Source: Botryllus schlosseri (Eukaryota). Taken from it: a stretch of 64,000 bases of DNA. Made by a program: the position numbers and the translations under genes. The notes under the pieces are model-generated. The model worked only from the letters and a program-made list of their open reading frames with translations. It was not told where the DNA came from and made no database searches. The DNA lies in NCBI GenBank assembly GCA_051294905.1, contig CM119377.1:7688001-7752000 (forward strand), written 5' to 3'. Below, one piece after another: positions 35,043 through 54,900 of the stretch (position 1 is the stretch's first letter; the number at the start of each line of letters is the position of its first letter).

Positions 35043-36323
35043 CAGAGGTGGTCAGTAACGAAGTACTTCTACTTTTCCGAAGTACTCAAGTAGTTTTCCT
35101 CTACTTCTGGTACTTACTCAAGTAGTTCTGATTTTTGCTACTTCTACTTCTACTTCGTAATATTTTATGATATACTTACTTACTTTTCGCTATTTTCAGT
35201 TTGTCAAGTAGAAGTAGTTTATTGCTCCGATCAGGAAGATAGCCTGAGGAATTTCGGGGCTGTTTTCACGTAGTATCAACATTTAGTTTTCATAAAAGTT
35301 TAGTAAAGACCAAATTTTTTTCGCGCTGCGCGCTCAGTGGATACGGAGTAACCAGTATGATTTCACGAAAGTATCGGTGAATATAATTAAAGTAGCTGGT
35401 TGGCGTTCACACCGCATTGTCGCCCTTCGTCCATATGAAATATTTCATCACAGTATATATGGCTCATCATAACGTTTGAAACTGATGTTCAGCATCTACT
35501 TATCATGTCGTAATCTAACAGTCCATGGCGTGTCCTAATCTGAAAAAGGGGGCTGTGAGACTTTTTTAGTTTTAGAGCTGTTTTAGCATACCACCTTTGA
35601 AACTTTCTGGACTAAAGACATGAAATACATTTCCCCTTTTAGAAGTAGTATGTATATTTCATTTCCCATTCCCATCATCATATACTTTGAGTTCTAATTG
35701 ATATCAGTTCTTTGGTCTGGATAGCATACATGTTGAAGTATAAAAGCAAGTGTAGTAATGCCTATAATTTCCAGAAATAAAGCTACACAATATGGCATTT
35801 TTACGATCCACCATATTTTTTATGAACGTTTACTAACTACTCGCAAAGTGTTTAAACCGTATCCTATAGAACTTCTCCGTATTGCTCTTCGACTAAACTA
35901 CGGGCCTTATAATATGGGGGAGTGCCCCATATACCATGATATTTTCTAAAACGTGCTGCTCGAGTAAACATAGGATTAGTATCGCATTTCCATATCAATA
36001 CTATCATTTTAATTCCATGATCCGGACGAATGCTTATGCTGTCGAAAATTGGATACCTCCAGGTATGCATCAATATGAATCAAGTTGGGCACTTTTCACA
36101 TAGTTCAATTTGCAGCTTTTGACAATCCATGCGAACGAATTACGATCGATTTCACAACTACTTACTTACTTGAGTAGATTTAAAGTCAGGAAATTTTACT
36201 TCTACTTCAAGTAGTTTTAGGTTGCTTATGGAAGAAGTACTTCTACTCGTACTTGAGTAGATTTTTTCGTCGCTACTTCTACTTCTACTTGAGTAGCCTT
36301 CTTGACTACTTTGACCACCTCTG
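35043..36323. mobile_element. hAT-like element with tacttc/gaagta subterminal repeats
   Basis: 12-bp perfect TIR cagaggtggtca; TSD not preserved; related fragment at about 17560-17689. Confidence 0.7.
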
Positions 36324-39258
36324 GATATATCATGACTCTGCGACCAGCGGTTGCCGAGATGGGCCAGTTTACCCCCCACGCGCAGAAATTGGGGTTTGCC
36401 GGCTGGAAATGGGGGTAATTCCCTAAAGTCAATTTTTATTGAAGTTTTAGGTCATTTGTCGGGATTTAAGAACCCTCTTTTTTCGATTTAAAAAAAGTCA
36501 TTTTCACTCCACCCTAGTGGGTAAGTAATATGAGCAAAGGCAAAAGATGCTTCGTTTACGGATATATTTGGTGGACTTTTCTGGGAAACGGAAGTCATGA
36601 GCGGTGAGCGTAGCCGATGTAGGCTTGAGTAGTTGAATATCCTCTGATGCTGCCGCACGCATCGTGATGCAATTCAACGCGGCAATTATACTTGGAAAAT
36701 ATGGGTGCGTACTGCCTACTGCGTAAGTTTGAGCGAAAACATATTTCATGAAGCGACTATGATGCGCCCGATATGTATTCGGTATTTGCGTAGTTGAAAT
36801 TAGAACTACCGGTGTAATACTGTATCAGGTTCGATTACCTGGACATCAATCATGTAAAAATATGACGACATGAGTTTTCAAAGTATGTAGGTAGGTAGTG
36901 TAGACGATTTTATATGACGTAGGCTTATATGAACTGCTGATGTATCACCGTGTCAATTCCATCACGCGATCGCGAAGTCTGACTTCAGGCTGCGGCGAGT
37001 CGATACGAGTTTATATTGCTCAGTGGTCGATACTGGCTTAATCCGCGATGATGCATAGGTTAATGAAGTGAGCAACATCGTGCGCGACTGTGCGTGTATG
37101 TTACGCATATGAAAGATTTAAGTGAAATGTAGAAACGTTGCAATGACACTGGGTGTAGGAAAGGCGTTGCCGCGGGGCTATATTACATCGCTACTGCATC
37201 AGCGAGACAATGCCATCGTGCGACATTTCGCATTCAAGAGAAAGAAAGAAGACGAAAGAAAGTAATGCAGCAAAAATTTTCTATCGGATTTTAAATCAAT
37301 ATAAGATAGCCATTGGGCGGGGGTGTAAATAATAATCGCTTAATACTTTCAGAGTGCTCGAAATTTACTCCTTTTTGCATGCATTCTCAGCAAGGCTGGT
37401 CATAATGCATTTCGCGGGAATAACGTCTACCTACAGACTTATCTCGGAGAGGCGCGTGTTGCCAACGCTGCGGCGACGCGACTCTTGCACTTACCCGAAC
37501 TTTGCCGTGTCAACTTTCAACGAAGCGCGGCGACAACAGCGTATGAATGGAATGACCGGTCGAGCGGGCTTCTCGGCCGCGAGATAACGATTGAAACCAG
37601 CGTCGCTCCAGCCAGCTCATTTCCCCTCGACACAAAGAAACAGCGAGTCTCGTTTGCGTCTAGAAAACACTCTCTCGGATAATGTTCGGGCTGTGACTTT
37701 TTGCAAACGGGCTTTTCAGTATTGCCGCAGACATATCTGAACCGGATACCGACCGCATTATCTTTTAACGTAACGCTAACACATTCAAAACTTGCAACCT
37801 ATCACGACAAAACTCCACGTCGGAGCTAAAAATTTGATGATTACTTGTCTACCATGTCTTGCCCAATATCATCCGTGCCGCGCGCAATCCGAACACAAAA
37901 ATAGGCCAGCACTGTAGCCAATACCTACAAACTGGCCATTTGGGAAGATGATTGCTATGAAATACGTCGGCACCTTCACTGCGGTCAAGTCGTGAACAAC
38001 TGCAGCATAACAGAGAAGCTCTGCGGCCCACTCAATAACTACGTTATATTGAACACCTCTGACCATAACAATTTCGAATTATGTAAAATGTATGTATTCT
38101 AGGCCTAGCTTTGCTGAAAAAACTGATGAGTTCAGTACTAGTCTAAAAGCATAATCTCTTCAAGTAGGCAAAACATATTTGAGCATTTAGAAAAGTAGTA
38201 CTTTCTTACTGACTACCTGTCCCTAACCCAACGTCCAACAATCAAAAGCCATACCACATACCAACACAAAGTTTGTTACATAATCTTCAACACAAAGTCT
38301 GGAGAAGCGAATGGGGTCTAAACGCGAAGTATATAAATTACGCATGAATGCAATAATAACCACTACTGTTACAATCGAAACAAGATACTCGCAAAATCTA
38401 TTTCGTGATTGAAGGACGCAAGCAGAAACGAAGGTAAACAAAACTATATCTCGAGATTTATTTTCCCGTTCTGATCCCAAACGTAAGAGTATCCAGAAAA
38501 CGACCACGAACTAGCGGGAATCTACGAGATTCATATGAAAAGCCCATGCAAATAAAAATCGTTGTTTTTCTATGATTTGCGCAGAGGTCTCGTCACGCAA
38601 AACCTCGCGATGCAATCACCTGGTTCCAGATACACAGTATAAACACAGTGCCATTCAAGCATTCCTACTCGGGCGAAGAAAACACCCCGCAGGCAAACTT
38701 CGCAAGCTGTAAGAATGCAAACTAACTAAACACTTTCAATACCTTGCAATCGAGCAAAGCCCCAACGCGGTACAGCAGCCTATAACATCCATTGCGCATG
38801 ATCAATTAAAACGACATATCACAAGTTTCAAACATAATTGGCGTCAATAAGTCTCGGTATGGCGAAACGCATGAAATACACAAATTCTTGATTTTTTTCA
38901 AAATGATCAAAATTCCAAAAATATTCGTAATTTATGCAGAGAAAAATGTCACTTTATCGACTTTTTCATGCAGTACGCACAAAATTCAAACCCTGCCGAA
39001 GAGAGACTCGACTCCGTCACGCTGAATGGGGACCGAAATCGACCAGTCATCCTATCGTGAAAAAGTGCATTATAAAAAGATTGACACAATTACCAAATAT
39101 GGCCGATACTGTAACAACAACAAAGGTCGTTGTCGCAATGAGAGAAAAGCAACCAACTCCAAAGAGTCGCGAGTCCGTCAACATAAGTTGTCCCGTTATT
39201 GAATCGAGTTCAAAAGCAGCTCCTTCACAGATCCCAACTGCGAAGTCGACATGTCCCA

Positions 39259-44206
<4,948 letters not shown>

Positions 44207-44330
44207 TCACTAGCTCCTTCAACAGAAAAACAAGTGATAACACGGACCAAAAGCTACCAGACAAACAACAGCAGCCACTCGCAACTCAAGCGAAAGATGC
44301 GAACTGATTTGTTGACTTCCTCGCACTCTC

Positions 44331-44364
44331 ATTACGTCACCGTCATTCTGACTTGTGATTGGTT
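44331..44364 (-). promoter_or_regulatory. CCAAT box and CRE/ATF-like site upstream of UBALD
   Basis: Minus strand AACCAATC (44364-44357) and GTGACGTAAT (44340-44331), 140-175 nt upstream of the ATG. Confidence 0.4.
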
Positions 44365-44873
44365 GAATTGTTACTACAAGAGAATACGAGAAAAGCTGTA
44401 AACATAATTTTTTTCGCACAAAGAAAACGAATGCACAATTTCGTTCAGTGCTTTCTCAATACCCTAATATAAAGTGAACAGACCAAAATTTAGAAAATTT
44501 TTAATTCACAAGATTCCTTGCGTTCGTTTCACCGCAGAATTTCAAGCTAGGCGTTGCTGATAAGTAGACACGCAGTTGCGCAATACAAAGAGAAGGGGCG
44601 TTCTCGAGAGGTGTGGCATATTTTACCGAAGCAGTCAAAACAATATTGTTTTAGTTTCTGAGTCAGTAGCGCCACATATCGGATTATACGAACTCGAAAA
44701 TGCATGTGTAGAGGTTAAAATTGAAAGTTGGAGTTGAGTTCATTCGTAATCATTTTACTCATTCCATAATATCACAAGATTGCGATATTATGATAATATA
44801 AGAATGTGTCGAAACGACATAAATTAGTCTTTTAAATCCTACGTTGACGTATCCAATCTCAGCATAAAAATGA

Positions 44874-45498
44874 TCATCATCATTGGTTTATTAGCATTTT
44901 TTATCAGTTCAATGCACCACAAAAATGCGATACAATGGAAAGATAGGAAGGTGTCGAAGCGACTTGGAGTAGTCTATGGAATCAGACACCCACCTCGGCC
45001 TAGGCGATGTAAAGAAGAGGCATGCACACTGAATGAAAAGTAAAGAAGATAGCATAGAAAAAAGAAAGCAACAAGAAATGGGGCGGCATGTCATGGAAAG
45101 CGAGATCGATAGGTCAGTCGTGGTCCGGTAATCTTGATAATGGTCTAGTATTTATTAAGTAGCAATTGCTTGTATTTCGACTTGAATTTGGACAACTGGA
45201 CATGTTCGTCGACTGTCGGATGGCCGGCGGGATACTGTTCCACACATCAGGCATATTTGATAGAGCGATGATCTTTTCGATCTTTTCGATATGATATTTG
45301 GACGATGTGGACGCGCGTGTGTTGTACTTGTGCGTTTTTGATTCCGAGGTAAAGAAGTCATTGAAATATTCGGATCAATGATCGCAGTGGAACTGATACA
45401 TAAACTTGGCGATTTCTAGTTTCCGTATATCTTCTATGTTTAGGACACCGAATCTCTTCAGCAGCGATTTGTTGGATGGACAACCAGGCCCCTGTGGG
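44874..45498 (-). mobile_element. 5'-truncated LINE copy between UBALD and ADAP
   Basis: High similarity to 59350-59975, including the ATG-repeat tail. Confidence 0.9.
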
Positions 45499-45880
45499 AC
45501 GCACAAGTATGGTACTATAGAAAGTCACTTTCTATAATGGTACAATCAATCAATGAATATATGCCAAGACATTTGAATTAAAGTAACATGTACTTCAAAC
45601 GTAAATGAATAATTCCAGTTGGATTGTAGGATACTTTGGTTTTTTTCATATAAATATAAATTATGAAAAATTGTGAAACCGCAAACAGATGATAATTTGT
45701 CGGTAGTGGCGAGAGAGAGTCGAAATCTCAGAACGTAAACAAACTTGGGAAATGTCCAGCGTCAGGAGCGGTTTGTTATTGGGCTGTACTCGGACGTAAT
45801 CTCTGTGGCTTTAATGCTATATTCCAAGGCGACTAGCTCCAGATACGAGATTTCTTCTATTTATTGTTCAACAACGCATC

Positions 45881-45962
45881 ATGGGAGAAAGGAATAAAAA
45901 GATATTGCTTGAGCAACTGCAACTTCTAAAAAACAAACATTGTGCTGACTGTGGCACCAAAG
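45881..45962 (+). CDS. ADAP1: ADAP exon 1 (MGERNKK...HCADCGTK)
   Basis: 82 nt, gtaag donor, phase 1. Confidence 0.92.
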
Positions 45963-48900
45963 GTAAGTCGTAAACCAATTATCATCATATATTATGCAGG
46001 AATAGGGGATCCTCGTGATATCGCGAGCCGCGATTTATCGCTAAATTTTCTTGCGAGCCAGATATTTTTATTTTTAGTTCCTGTTGGCCGTAATTCTTCT
46101 GTTCTGGCCTGTATGGAATCGGTGTCCTGTGCTCACACTTCGTTTTATTTTTTAATTATTTTTTATCAAATTACTTTAACTTGAAGAATCATCGCTGCTC
46201 ACATGATATATCAGGCAAAACGTACCGAGATTTCAGTAGGGTGTTCTGGAACGTCAAGGAAGGGAAGGAACTACCTACCTACTTTCGTTCCGTACCGATC
46301 CTTATTTTTTCCTATGAGACATGTAGAATTGTGAATGACCATGTATAGATCTTGATCAATCAATCTTTACAGCTTGCAGCTCAACCACCGCATTACGCAG
46401 ATTAATTGTAATAATGAGAGGGAATTAAGTGTCTATTTTGACACATCAAATAGTGTAGCAGACAACATGACCACTTTTATAGAAGTTTGACGTCATGAAG
46501 CAATGCTTCTCGACCTTCTCCACCTTCGTTCACTGACCAAATCTCGCACTACCTCTAGAATAGTGATTCTTAACCTTTTCTAACATGGTGAAACATTACA
46601 CTAATCTGCAAGTATTTGGCGAACCTCAAACTTTCGCCTAGCCACAGAAACAAAATCTACCACAATAGGCTAAACATCTAATGCATTGCTATAAAATACT
46701 GGTGCAAAAATGATCAGTGTGTCAACAACAATGATAAAAAACAAAACCATTAAAACATGATTTTTGCACAAAACGAAAAGAGTATAATAGTTTTCTTCTG
46801 CTTTTATTTCCTTACTTATTGTTCTACTGCTTGGCTGAGGGAGGAAATTGATTATTAATATTACTGCGAAATATGTTTGGGTGCTCCGGCATTGAAGACT
46901 TCATATCGGGTCTCCCAGCCTTTACCATGCAATATATGTTGCAGTTGTAATAATTATAACGAAATATGTCATTTTTGGACTCTAGTGGTTATGCATGTGC
47001 ATATTGCCTATTTCGTGGGTGACGAATATAAGAACCATCTTTCTCTAGGAGTATGTCATACGAACCCCTTGGACTGGGTCAGCGAACCCTTCAGATTCGT
47101 GTGAACCATGGTTAAGAACTACTGGTTTAGAATGATCTATAACCGTATTGGTCTTGTGTATATAGAAATATTTTTATGTGAAGTGGACGGGACAATCGTA
47201 TTTTGCATAGTATAGTCATGCAAGGCAAGGTAGGCCTGTCCTTGCCTTTCAACATCGGTCGTTATGCTATAGCATTTCACATCATTGCCCATCATCAATC
47301 TACTTTTATCACCCCAATTCATAAAATTATCAGTGATATTTATTCGTGGTTTGAAATAGATGCCTCTGGAGTTGCATGCATTTAAGTTATTTATGTTCAT
47401 CTCATATGATTTGTTCTATTCTTAGTTCCAGCTTTGGGATTCATCTTTTTGTTTTGCATGTGGTGAGTATCATATTACAATTTCAACTGCTCATATATTA
47501 CTATAATTATCTTCATATCACACATTTTTGTTAATTGATAGTAATTCAATGTTGTAAAATATATATCAACTGAGCCTCATTGTAAGATGCATAGAAGAGA
47601 CATACCATAGTTTATTTTGGTAGCAACAATTGTAGGCAGGAAATCTAAATAGAATTTGCATGTTTCCAATGGTGTTGTTATACTAACATTATAGCTTGAT
47701 GGATTTGAAATAATATCAATATATGCAAGGATAATATATAATATAGATTATTTTACATAGCTTCATTGTTCTCAAGGTTCTTTCATTACTTATACTGTAA
47801 TTCTCCATAATATTCAAGACCAGATATATTCCTATATGTAACATTTCAAGTGGAATAATATAGCATAAAATCTGACAGGTTAATGTAGGGGCTGAGCGCT
47901 GGAATATGCGAACGGAGATCATGTGATATTAGTAGACCTGCATCATTGTAACCTTGACTCAGTGGTCCTGTTTCAAAGCAAACATATCAAAATCAACACA
48001 AAGTTTAATAACACTACTACAATACTATGACAAAGTTGTTAGCACATAGCTCCATTGCAAAACTGTGATCACATATTCACATGTGTGGCATTGAATTAAG
48101 ACGTCATGCTAGCCATGGGCAAAATCATTCAACCACCGGTAATTGAATTGATGCAAAACGTTTCCTATTGCACAACAAAAATAAAATACCGGAAACACTG
48201 CAACTTCAAAGGCACTTGAGCCAGGCACTCAACACCCAACACACTTTTGTTCCTAAATCCTCTACTTGTTATACCAATGGAGAAGTAACTTTCGGTACTG
48301 TATTGCAATTCTTGTTATCAAAGTCGGTGTTTGTCATATGACTAGGTTACTATCTATCAGTCTAATATGGAACACTGGAACAGGCAATAAGCTTATTTAG
48401 GAATAGATATTGATGGCAAATTACATATCAAGTACCGGTATTATCAAAATAAATAGCTTTGATATCAAAATGGAGCCCTAGCGATACGATGGGACACCGA
48501 TATCCCAGAATGGTAAAAGTGTCTTTACTATTGTTTAAATTTGATTTCATGATCCACTCGTTGACTCTGACGGCTGACATGCCATGCTGGAGTCAAGGTA
48601 ATCCATGAAATAATGGATTTGGACTTTAATAATAAACTCTATTTACAACACAAATTTCTCCTCACAGCCTGTAAAAGATATCAAATGGTCAACAAGCTAG
48701 GTTATTGAAGTAGTGGGGAGGGGGGTATTCAATTGCTAGCAGCGTCATCAAAGTTTGATTAAAGCATTTTTGTAGAAAGTAAATAGAATAATATCGAAAA
48801 TTACTTATGTTTTGAAAAATTAATTTAGGTAGATACATGGTGCGATATTAGCCTGTAATATATTTACAGACATAGCCTACTAAATTACAAGATACTTTTC

Positions 48901-51900
48901 CATGACCCAGATCAGATAGCTCCAATTTTATTTCGTGGTTCTGATACATAGAGTATGTTTCCTGGTGGTTTTGTCAATTTGATTCGCTAGGCGGTGCGAT
49001 TTCGGTACTGAACATATTTCCGAGATTTGTGTATGCTCTACTTTTTCTCAGATCCAGAATGGGCCTCCAGCAATGTCGGAGTCTTCATATGTGTTCATTG
49101 CTCAGGTATCCATCGTATGTTGGGCACACATATCAGTCGCGTCAAGTCCTGCCGGCTTGATCAATGGGATGACGAATCGGTAGCTGTAAGTTTCAGAACG
49201 GGTTCGGGATGTTGATATATTTGTATCTCTGCTACTGTATGATGAACATGGCATTAACTCTCTCTCCGGGTTCATTCTGGTTGTGTGGTGATCAATATAG
49301 TCAATGATGTTTTGCTGCAACATATGTCTACTCATTCGATAGGCTGCTACAGGAACTGGTTAAAAATGTCATCAAATGTAAAAAGTAGTGAATTAATACT
49401 TGGCACAGCCCATATTCTGCATAGACCAGGGTCGCCAACTCAGAACGTGTCACGGGTCAATTTTCATATTTCTTATAGGCCGCGGGCCGCATGGCTCCAA
49501 TATCAAGATAAATAGGCCACGCAGTTTAACAACTATGTATTTAAAACACTCTAGCATGGCCGACGGGCATAGTTACCACAAAAGAAATAATATCTTAATA
49601 AAGAAATACGGTACAACAAAACCATCACTATCATCAATTTCTTTCCATTTTGAGCTATGAGCTGCACATGTTACCTGACAAAACTTTTCAGCGACTGAAG
49701 AATCGATATTGGGGTTTGCTAGACAATGTATACTTGCTGTATACTCCTCGTAAAGCTTGATCTCCTGGGGTAGCCCTAAGTCGTTTTGTATGCGTCTCGG
49801 TCTTGGCATTGTTTGGGTCATTACACGTCGAGGCAATAGACCTATTCATATCAGCCAATTTTTCCTCCATGAAATGCTGTTAGTATCGCCGAAGTAGTAT
49901 CAGCTGGTGAGGAATAGTGAAGTTGGCACAGGAGAATAACTTATCTTGAGCAAGAACAACAATATTTTTGAACTAAAATATATTTCAGCATTTCAAAATG
50001 CTTTACTAAGCATTCTTCTGAAATCTCAAATCAGGTCACAGGCCGCGTGTTGGTGACCTCTGCCATAGACCATCGAAATCGTCAGATGCAACTTGGAAAG
50101 TATTTCTATGATGGTTTTATCAGAGTTATTACATAGCTGTGTTTTGATAGCCTATTGTTGTCCAGTTCTAATGATTTCATTCATAAAAATCATAGGACTT
50201 TACTCATTAAGTAGGCCTATGCTAGTTCTGCTGATAGATTGTCACACGTTTGTAAAAATGATACTTTGAAATTGAAAACTACATTAAAATTATCGTTCAT
50301 ATTAAAGACAAACCACACAGTAGCCACCGCTTGGTAACTTTCCTAGGTATTCTACCGCAGGATACAGTAGAATTTGCAAACAAAATTCTCAGATTTTATG
50401 GAGGTTTTTTGTTTTATGATACAGCAGTCTAATATTTCTGTCTCATGGAATATAATGAAACTTAAATTTTAAGTCGTTACTAATGTATTAAAGATAGATT
50501 CCTTTCATAGTAATGACGTATCTATAACAATCATGTCATGTAATAAAGAACAATTGTGTTTCGTGGGTGAAGTACAATTTTAATGTCACTAACTTGTATA
50601 ATGTATAGCCTATATTCTGTTGCAACCAAGTGTAAGGAAAAATTGACATTGAAAAGTGAATATTAGACAGGATCACTGGCAGTTTAGTGGAGAGTTTTTC
50701 TGAAAACTGCCACCCACAAACTTTTGAATTCATTTCTGTTTATGTTTTATGTTACCGCTTGGCGCTTACCGGTCTGCATTAGGTAACTAATTGAAATATG
50801 CATCCGACAAATTTTTGAAGCTAGTAGGTGATAGCAGGCTACTGGATTTGCCAAGCCAATCCTTTGTGTGTGTACTGTGTAGTGCTGGTCTGCTTTCTGA
50901 AATACCGTTTTATGTTTTGCAGTTTATGTGTGAAAGAGGCAATGATGTTGTAAATGCCGAACTAGAAAGACATTTACCACCGTACTATCATAAAGCTGTT
51001 TCTACAGATCCACAGTAAGTATGCTTGGTGTATATTTGCTGTGCTTGATGCAAGGCAACTAATGTGACATCTACAATCGTAGAAGTTAATATGTTCAACT
51101 TTGCTTACAATCATACTTGCTCCACCGCTATACAAGATTTGAACACTTCGCAATGACAGTTATGTCATGATGTGGTGACATTTATTGTGAACACTGACTC
51201 TCGGTTATAGAAATTCAACAGGATATGACAACCTCCACCTGTTTTCACACAGATGCACTAACTGAATGACATCATCTCCGCCTTTAATGGCAAATATAGT
51301 AGTTTATAGTGCACTAAGTAGGCCTGCACACTTACACGTTTGAAAAAACATCATCTATTTCAATGTAGCCTACTTTGATATTTGATTGATGTACTGTTCG
51401 GCAACATGTAGCAATGCAATCAAATTTTGCTACCAAATAAAATTGGCTAGGCTGATGATACTTTTTAATTTGACATCTTTTTGGACAATGCCTGTTTGGA
51501 TAGCATTGAAACTAATTCTTGTTGATAAAATAACTCTCAGTGGTAGAGGCCGTATAATTTTGGTATTCAATACAACAATTATCTCTCATTACCTCGATCA
51601 AATTATTACAATTGATGCCAGATTCGCAATCGAGCATTTGAGTTGTTGTGCATGTGCATGCCTTACCCTAGTAGCCTAATTAGCAAGTTGTTGAATTTGG
51701 ACTTGAAAAAACAAACCTAAAGATTTAGAATTTGAAATCGAATTAACATTGATAGCGAATTTGCGTTACCAATACTGTGGTAATGTCGTAAATATGGATG
51801 GGCCTACAGATTCGAGTACTAGAATCCAAATCAAGAACCAATTGCATTTGCAACGATTACCGTGTACTGCGGATCGATTTTTTTGGATACCGACATTTAT

Positions 51901-54900
51901 AAAAAGCTAACACTGCAACTAAGAATTACTCTGTCCACGAGAATTATCGTTTCGGTACCTATTACCAGTTTGGGGGTCCTTTAATCGCAAGGATTTAGAT
52001 GCTCGTTGAAACCTAGTTTCTGGGAATCAATTTACTCGCAGCATTGTCACAAAAGACTGTTTTATGGTTACAAAAGAGGGAATTATAAATTATGATGAGT
52101 AACTTGCATTATTTTCTCTGTCGGGCCAAATAATATCTTTCATATTTCGTTGGTCTTGAATAAAGGGTAGGCTACATATTTCAACTGCTATACTATAAGT
52201 AACATCATAGCGATTGATACTCTTATACTCCACTTGACTCAAACATAATACTCAACTCTTGGAATAGAAGCAATCAAGTAGGCCTACTCGATCTTGCTCA
52301 GCCCTAGTTGTAGGGCAGATAATGACTTGGGATTTCGGCACAAAATAAAAATCAGTCTATGCCTGGCATAGACCAAACCGCACTTCTCCAATAACAGTTC
52401 TTTCGCTTTTCGCAGAGTCTTCAAAGAGCAATTTATACAAGCCAAATACAGCCGGAAAGAGTTCACGCAAGCCGGCGGGCCGGCGCATTACGAGAAGGGA
52501 GCAAAAACCGGAAATTTACACAAAAGAGGCAAAGACGATAAAACCTATCGGATACGAAAATTCGTATTAAACGCCACTGACGGAACGTTAAAGTATTTTA
52601 TTAAACCTGATGTAGGTTTAAGATTATCTTCTCGCCGATTGATTTTTCAAATGCGCTTCCTGTGTACAGGCCAAATCACCGAAACAGACCATTAGTATAT
52701 CGTCGCTGCATGTATCGCTATCTCCTGATATCGTTGGTCATCCAAACGGAATGCAGCTTTCTTTCCTCGTAGGCGGTGTAACTCGGCACATCTACGTTTA
52801 TGCAGAAGAAGCAAAGGTATCTCGTAGATTTTGCGATTTCACATAATATTAGCCTACTGTAGCCCCACTTCTATAGTGATAGCAACGATGGATTCTGTTA
52901 CTGTATAAAATGTTGTCCCCGGCCGTGAACAGTGAACACTGTATAAAATAAGTACCGTAATGTAAACTAATACATATAGATATAGTATTTTATTTTGGTT
53001 AGCACGCTACAGTTATTAGAGTATCGTAGAGACATTTAGAATCTCTATTTTCAGAAAAGTTTGGTGCCTGTGTCTTTGAACAGGGTCTGTAATTGAACGG
53101 CCTACTTAACTGTATTGCCTTCGTTAGTCGATTTACTATAATCCATTCAATATTGTTGCGGTTAGGTGGCCTACTTCTTGGCCGTCATTATAGACAAAGA
53201 CGGTGGTTTCATTTCTATTGATACCGCTTACACAAGGAAGTCTTGAGTCATTCTTCATGCAGCCAGCGGCATGCGCATTAACTAAATCTCCTTTGTGACA
53301 TGATCAATAACTGCAGATTCGCGTGTAAATCAGACACATTCATATCTGTTAATCATACGTGACAGACAGGTATTTTCAAAGTTGTATTTGAAAATCGAAA
53401 TAACATTGGATATAATTCGCCAATGCATTTTTCAAGGTAATCACTATAACTCGTAAATCTTAATGATCAAAACGCTTAACACCTGTGCATGGTGACACCT
53501 ACGTATCGTTATGTTGAATCATGGGAGGGGATATTATCATTTATAGAATTAATTGACTTGCATTGAGGTATAATGGTATTAGTTTCCCTGCCGTCGTATA
53601 TATCTACTAATGATTATGGCTTCTCATTTTCTATCTTTTCTTATATGTTCAAGCTCGATTCAACTTCGTGTAGAGTGATAGAATAATTAAGGACATCGTC
53701 AGTTGTACTTGCGGCTTGCGTCATTCTTTGATTTTATAACTGGGTGTCGAATTGTTGATGTGTTTGTCGAGCTCGTATTCTACAGTATAAATAGCTCCTG
53801 ATCTATTTTTGGATTGGTGCGATTCATATTGTTGTAAGTTCTTGCGAAAGAGTCTATTGTCCAGATGTGAAGGACTGAACAGATGCATTGATCTTTGCAT
53901 TTTAGGCCCCCTTTTTGCACTGTACAGGTGGACATGTACATTGCACAAGGCTCAAACGATTACAGCTTCATTGTAAATAGAGCGTAGCTACTTATATTGA
54001 GATTATGATCATAAGTGCACATCATTGCATATATTTCAATTGCTTCAACCTGAAATGCGTTCACCTATCCTGCTGAACCTTGGTACATACTTCAATGCAC
54101 AGTTTCTCTGTGCAAAACTAGACCCTGCAAATTGTGTGATTGCTATTATGCTGTAGAATTTACTACGATCATAATTATGGCAACTTGGTTTGCCGCGACT
54201 GTTGGAGTTAATTCTGCGACCAGACTTTCAAAATGACCAGTGTGAATCAAGTTGAAAAATAAACTTTTTTCCAGGATGCAATTGACTGGTACATTACGCT
54301 GCGCGCTACAATTTTCTGTAATATGAAGGAACAATTCTCGGAGCTAACGGATGCAGACGTATGTAATTTTGGATGATTTCGTCGAGAGAATAAATAACGG
54401 GAGTCCATATTCTGTTATAGGTTTTAAAGCGTATGGCAAGGTTTCAGCAGAAGCAAGGGTGGATGTCAAAAACGGGACCAAAAGTAATGTTTACCTTATT
54501 GTTCACACAATTTCATTTTTTCTATATGAAGAGCGCTCTATATCTACATTGTGATTATGAATTCTTCTCAGCCAAATTGCGAATAATTGTGTATTTAGCT
54601 CATAGAACAGAAGTTGTCAGTAACAAACCATTGAAGTACGCAGAACCGAAACAGTACTTTGTCAGCCCGTCCCCCAAAGAAAAAATGTTGGTCTAGGGCC
54701 CCCATAGGGTGATAAATTCAACTTCAACTATGGTTGCATATGCCTACAGACCATAATTATACCTCAAACTGCATTAAATTATTTAGAAAACCGAAGCTTA
54801 CAGGAAAAGGTGGTTTGTGTTGGATGACAGAAGACTGCTATATTTCGGTCATCCTTTCGTACGTATTCTATGCGTAGGTAGGCTCGGTGTGTGTGTGTAT

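Noticed and set aside
37869-38507. Hydrophobic minus-strand ORFs resembling membrane proteins
   Set aside because: No recognisable family or consistent splice chain; T-rich UTR-like composition gives hydrophobic translations.
45470-45498. Apparent shared 5' truncation of LINE copies at a GGCCCC-AAA-GGGGCC hairpin
   Set aside because: The 63-kb copy extends about 100 bp further 5' (to about 63066), so the breakpoint is not shared.
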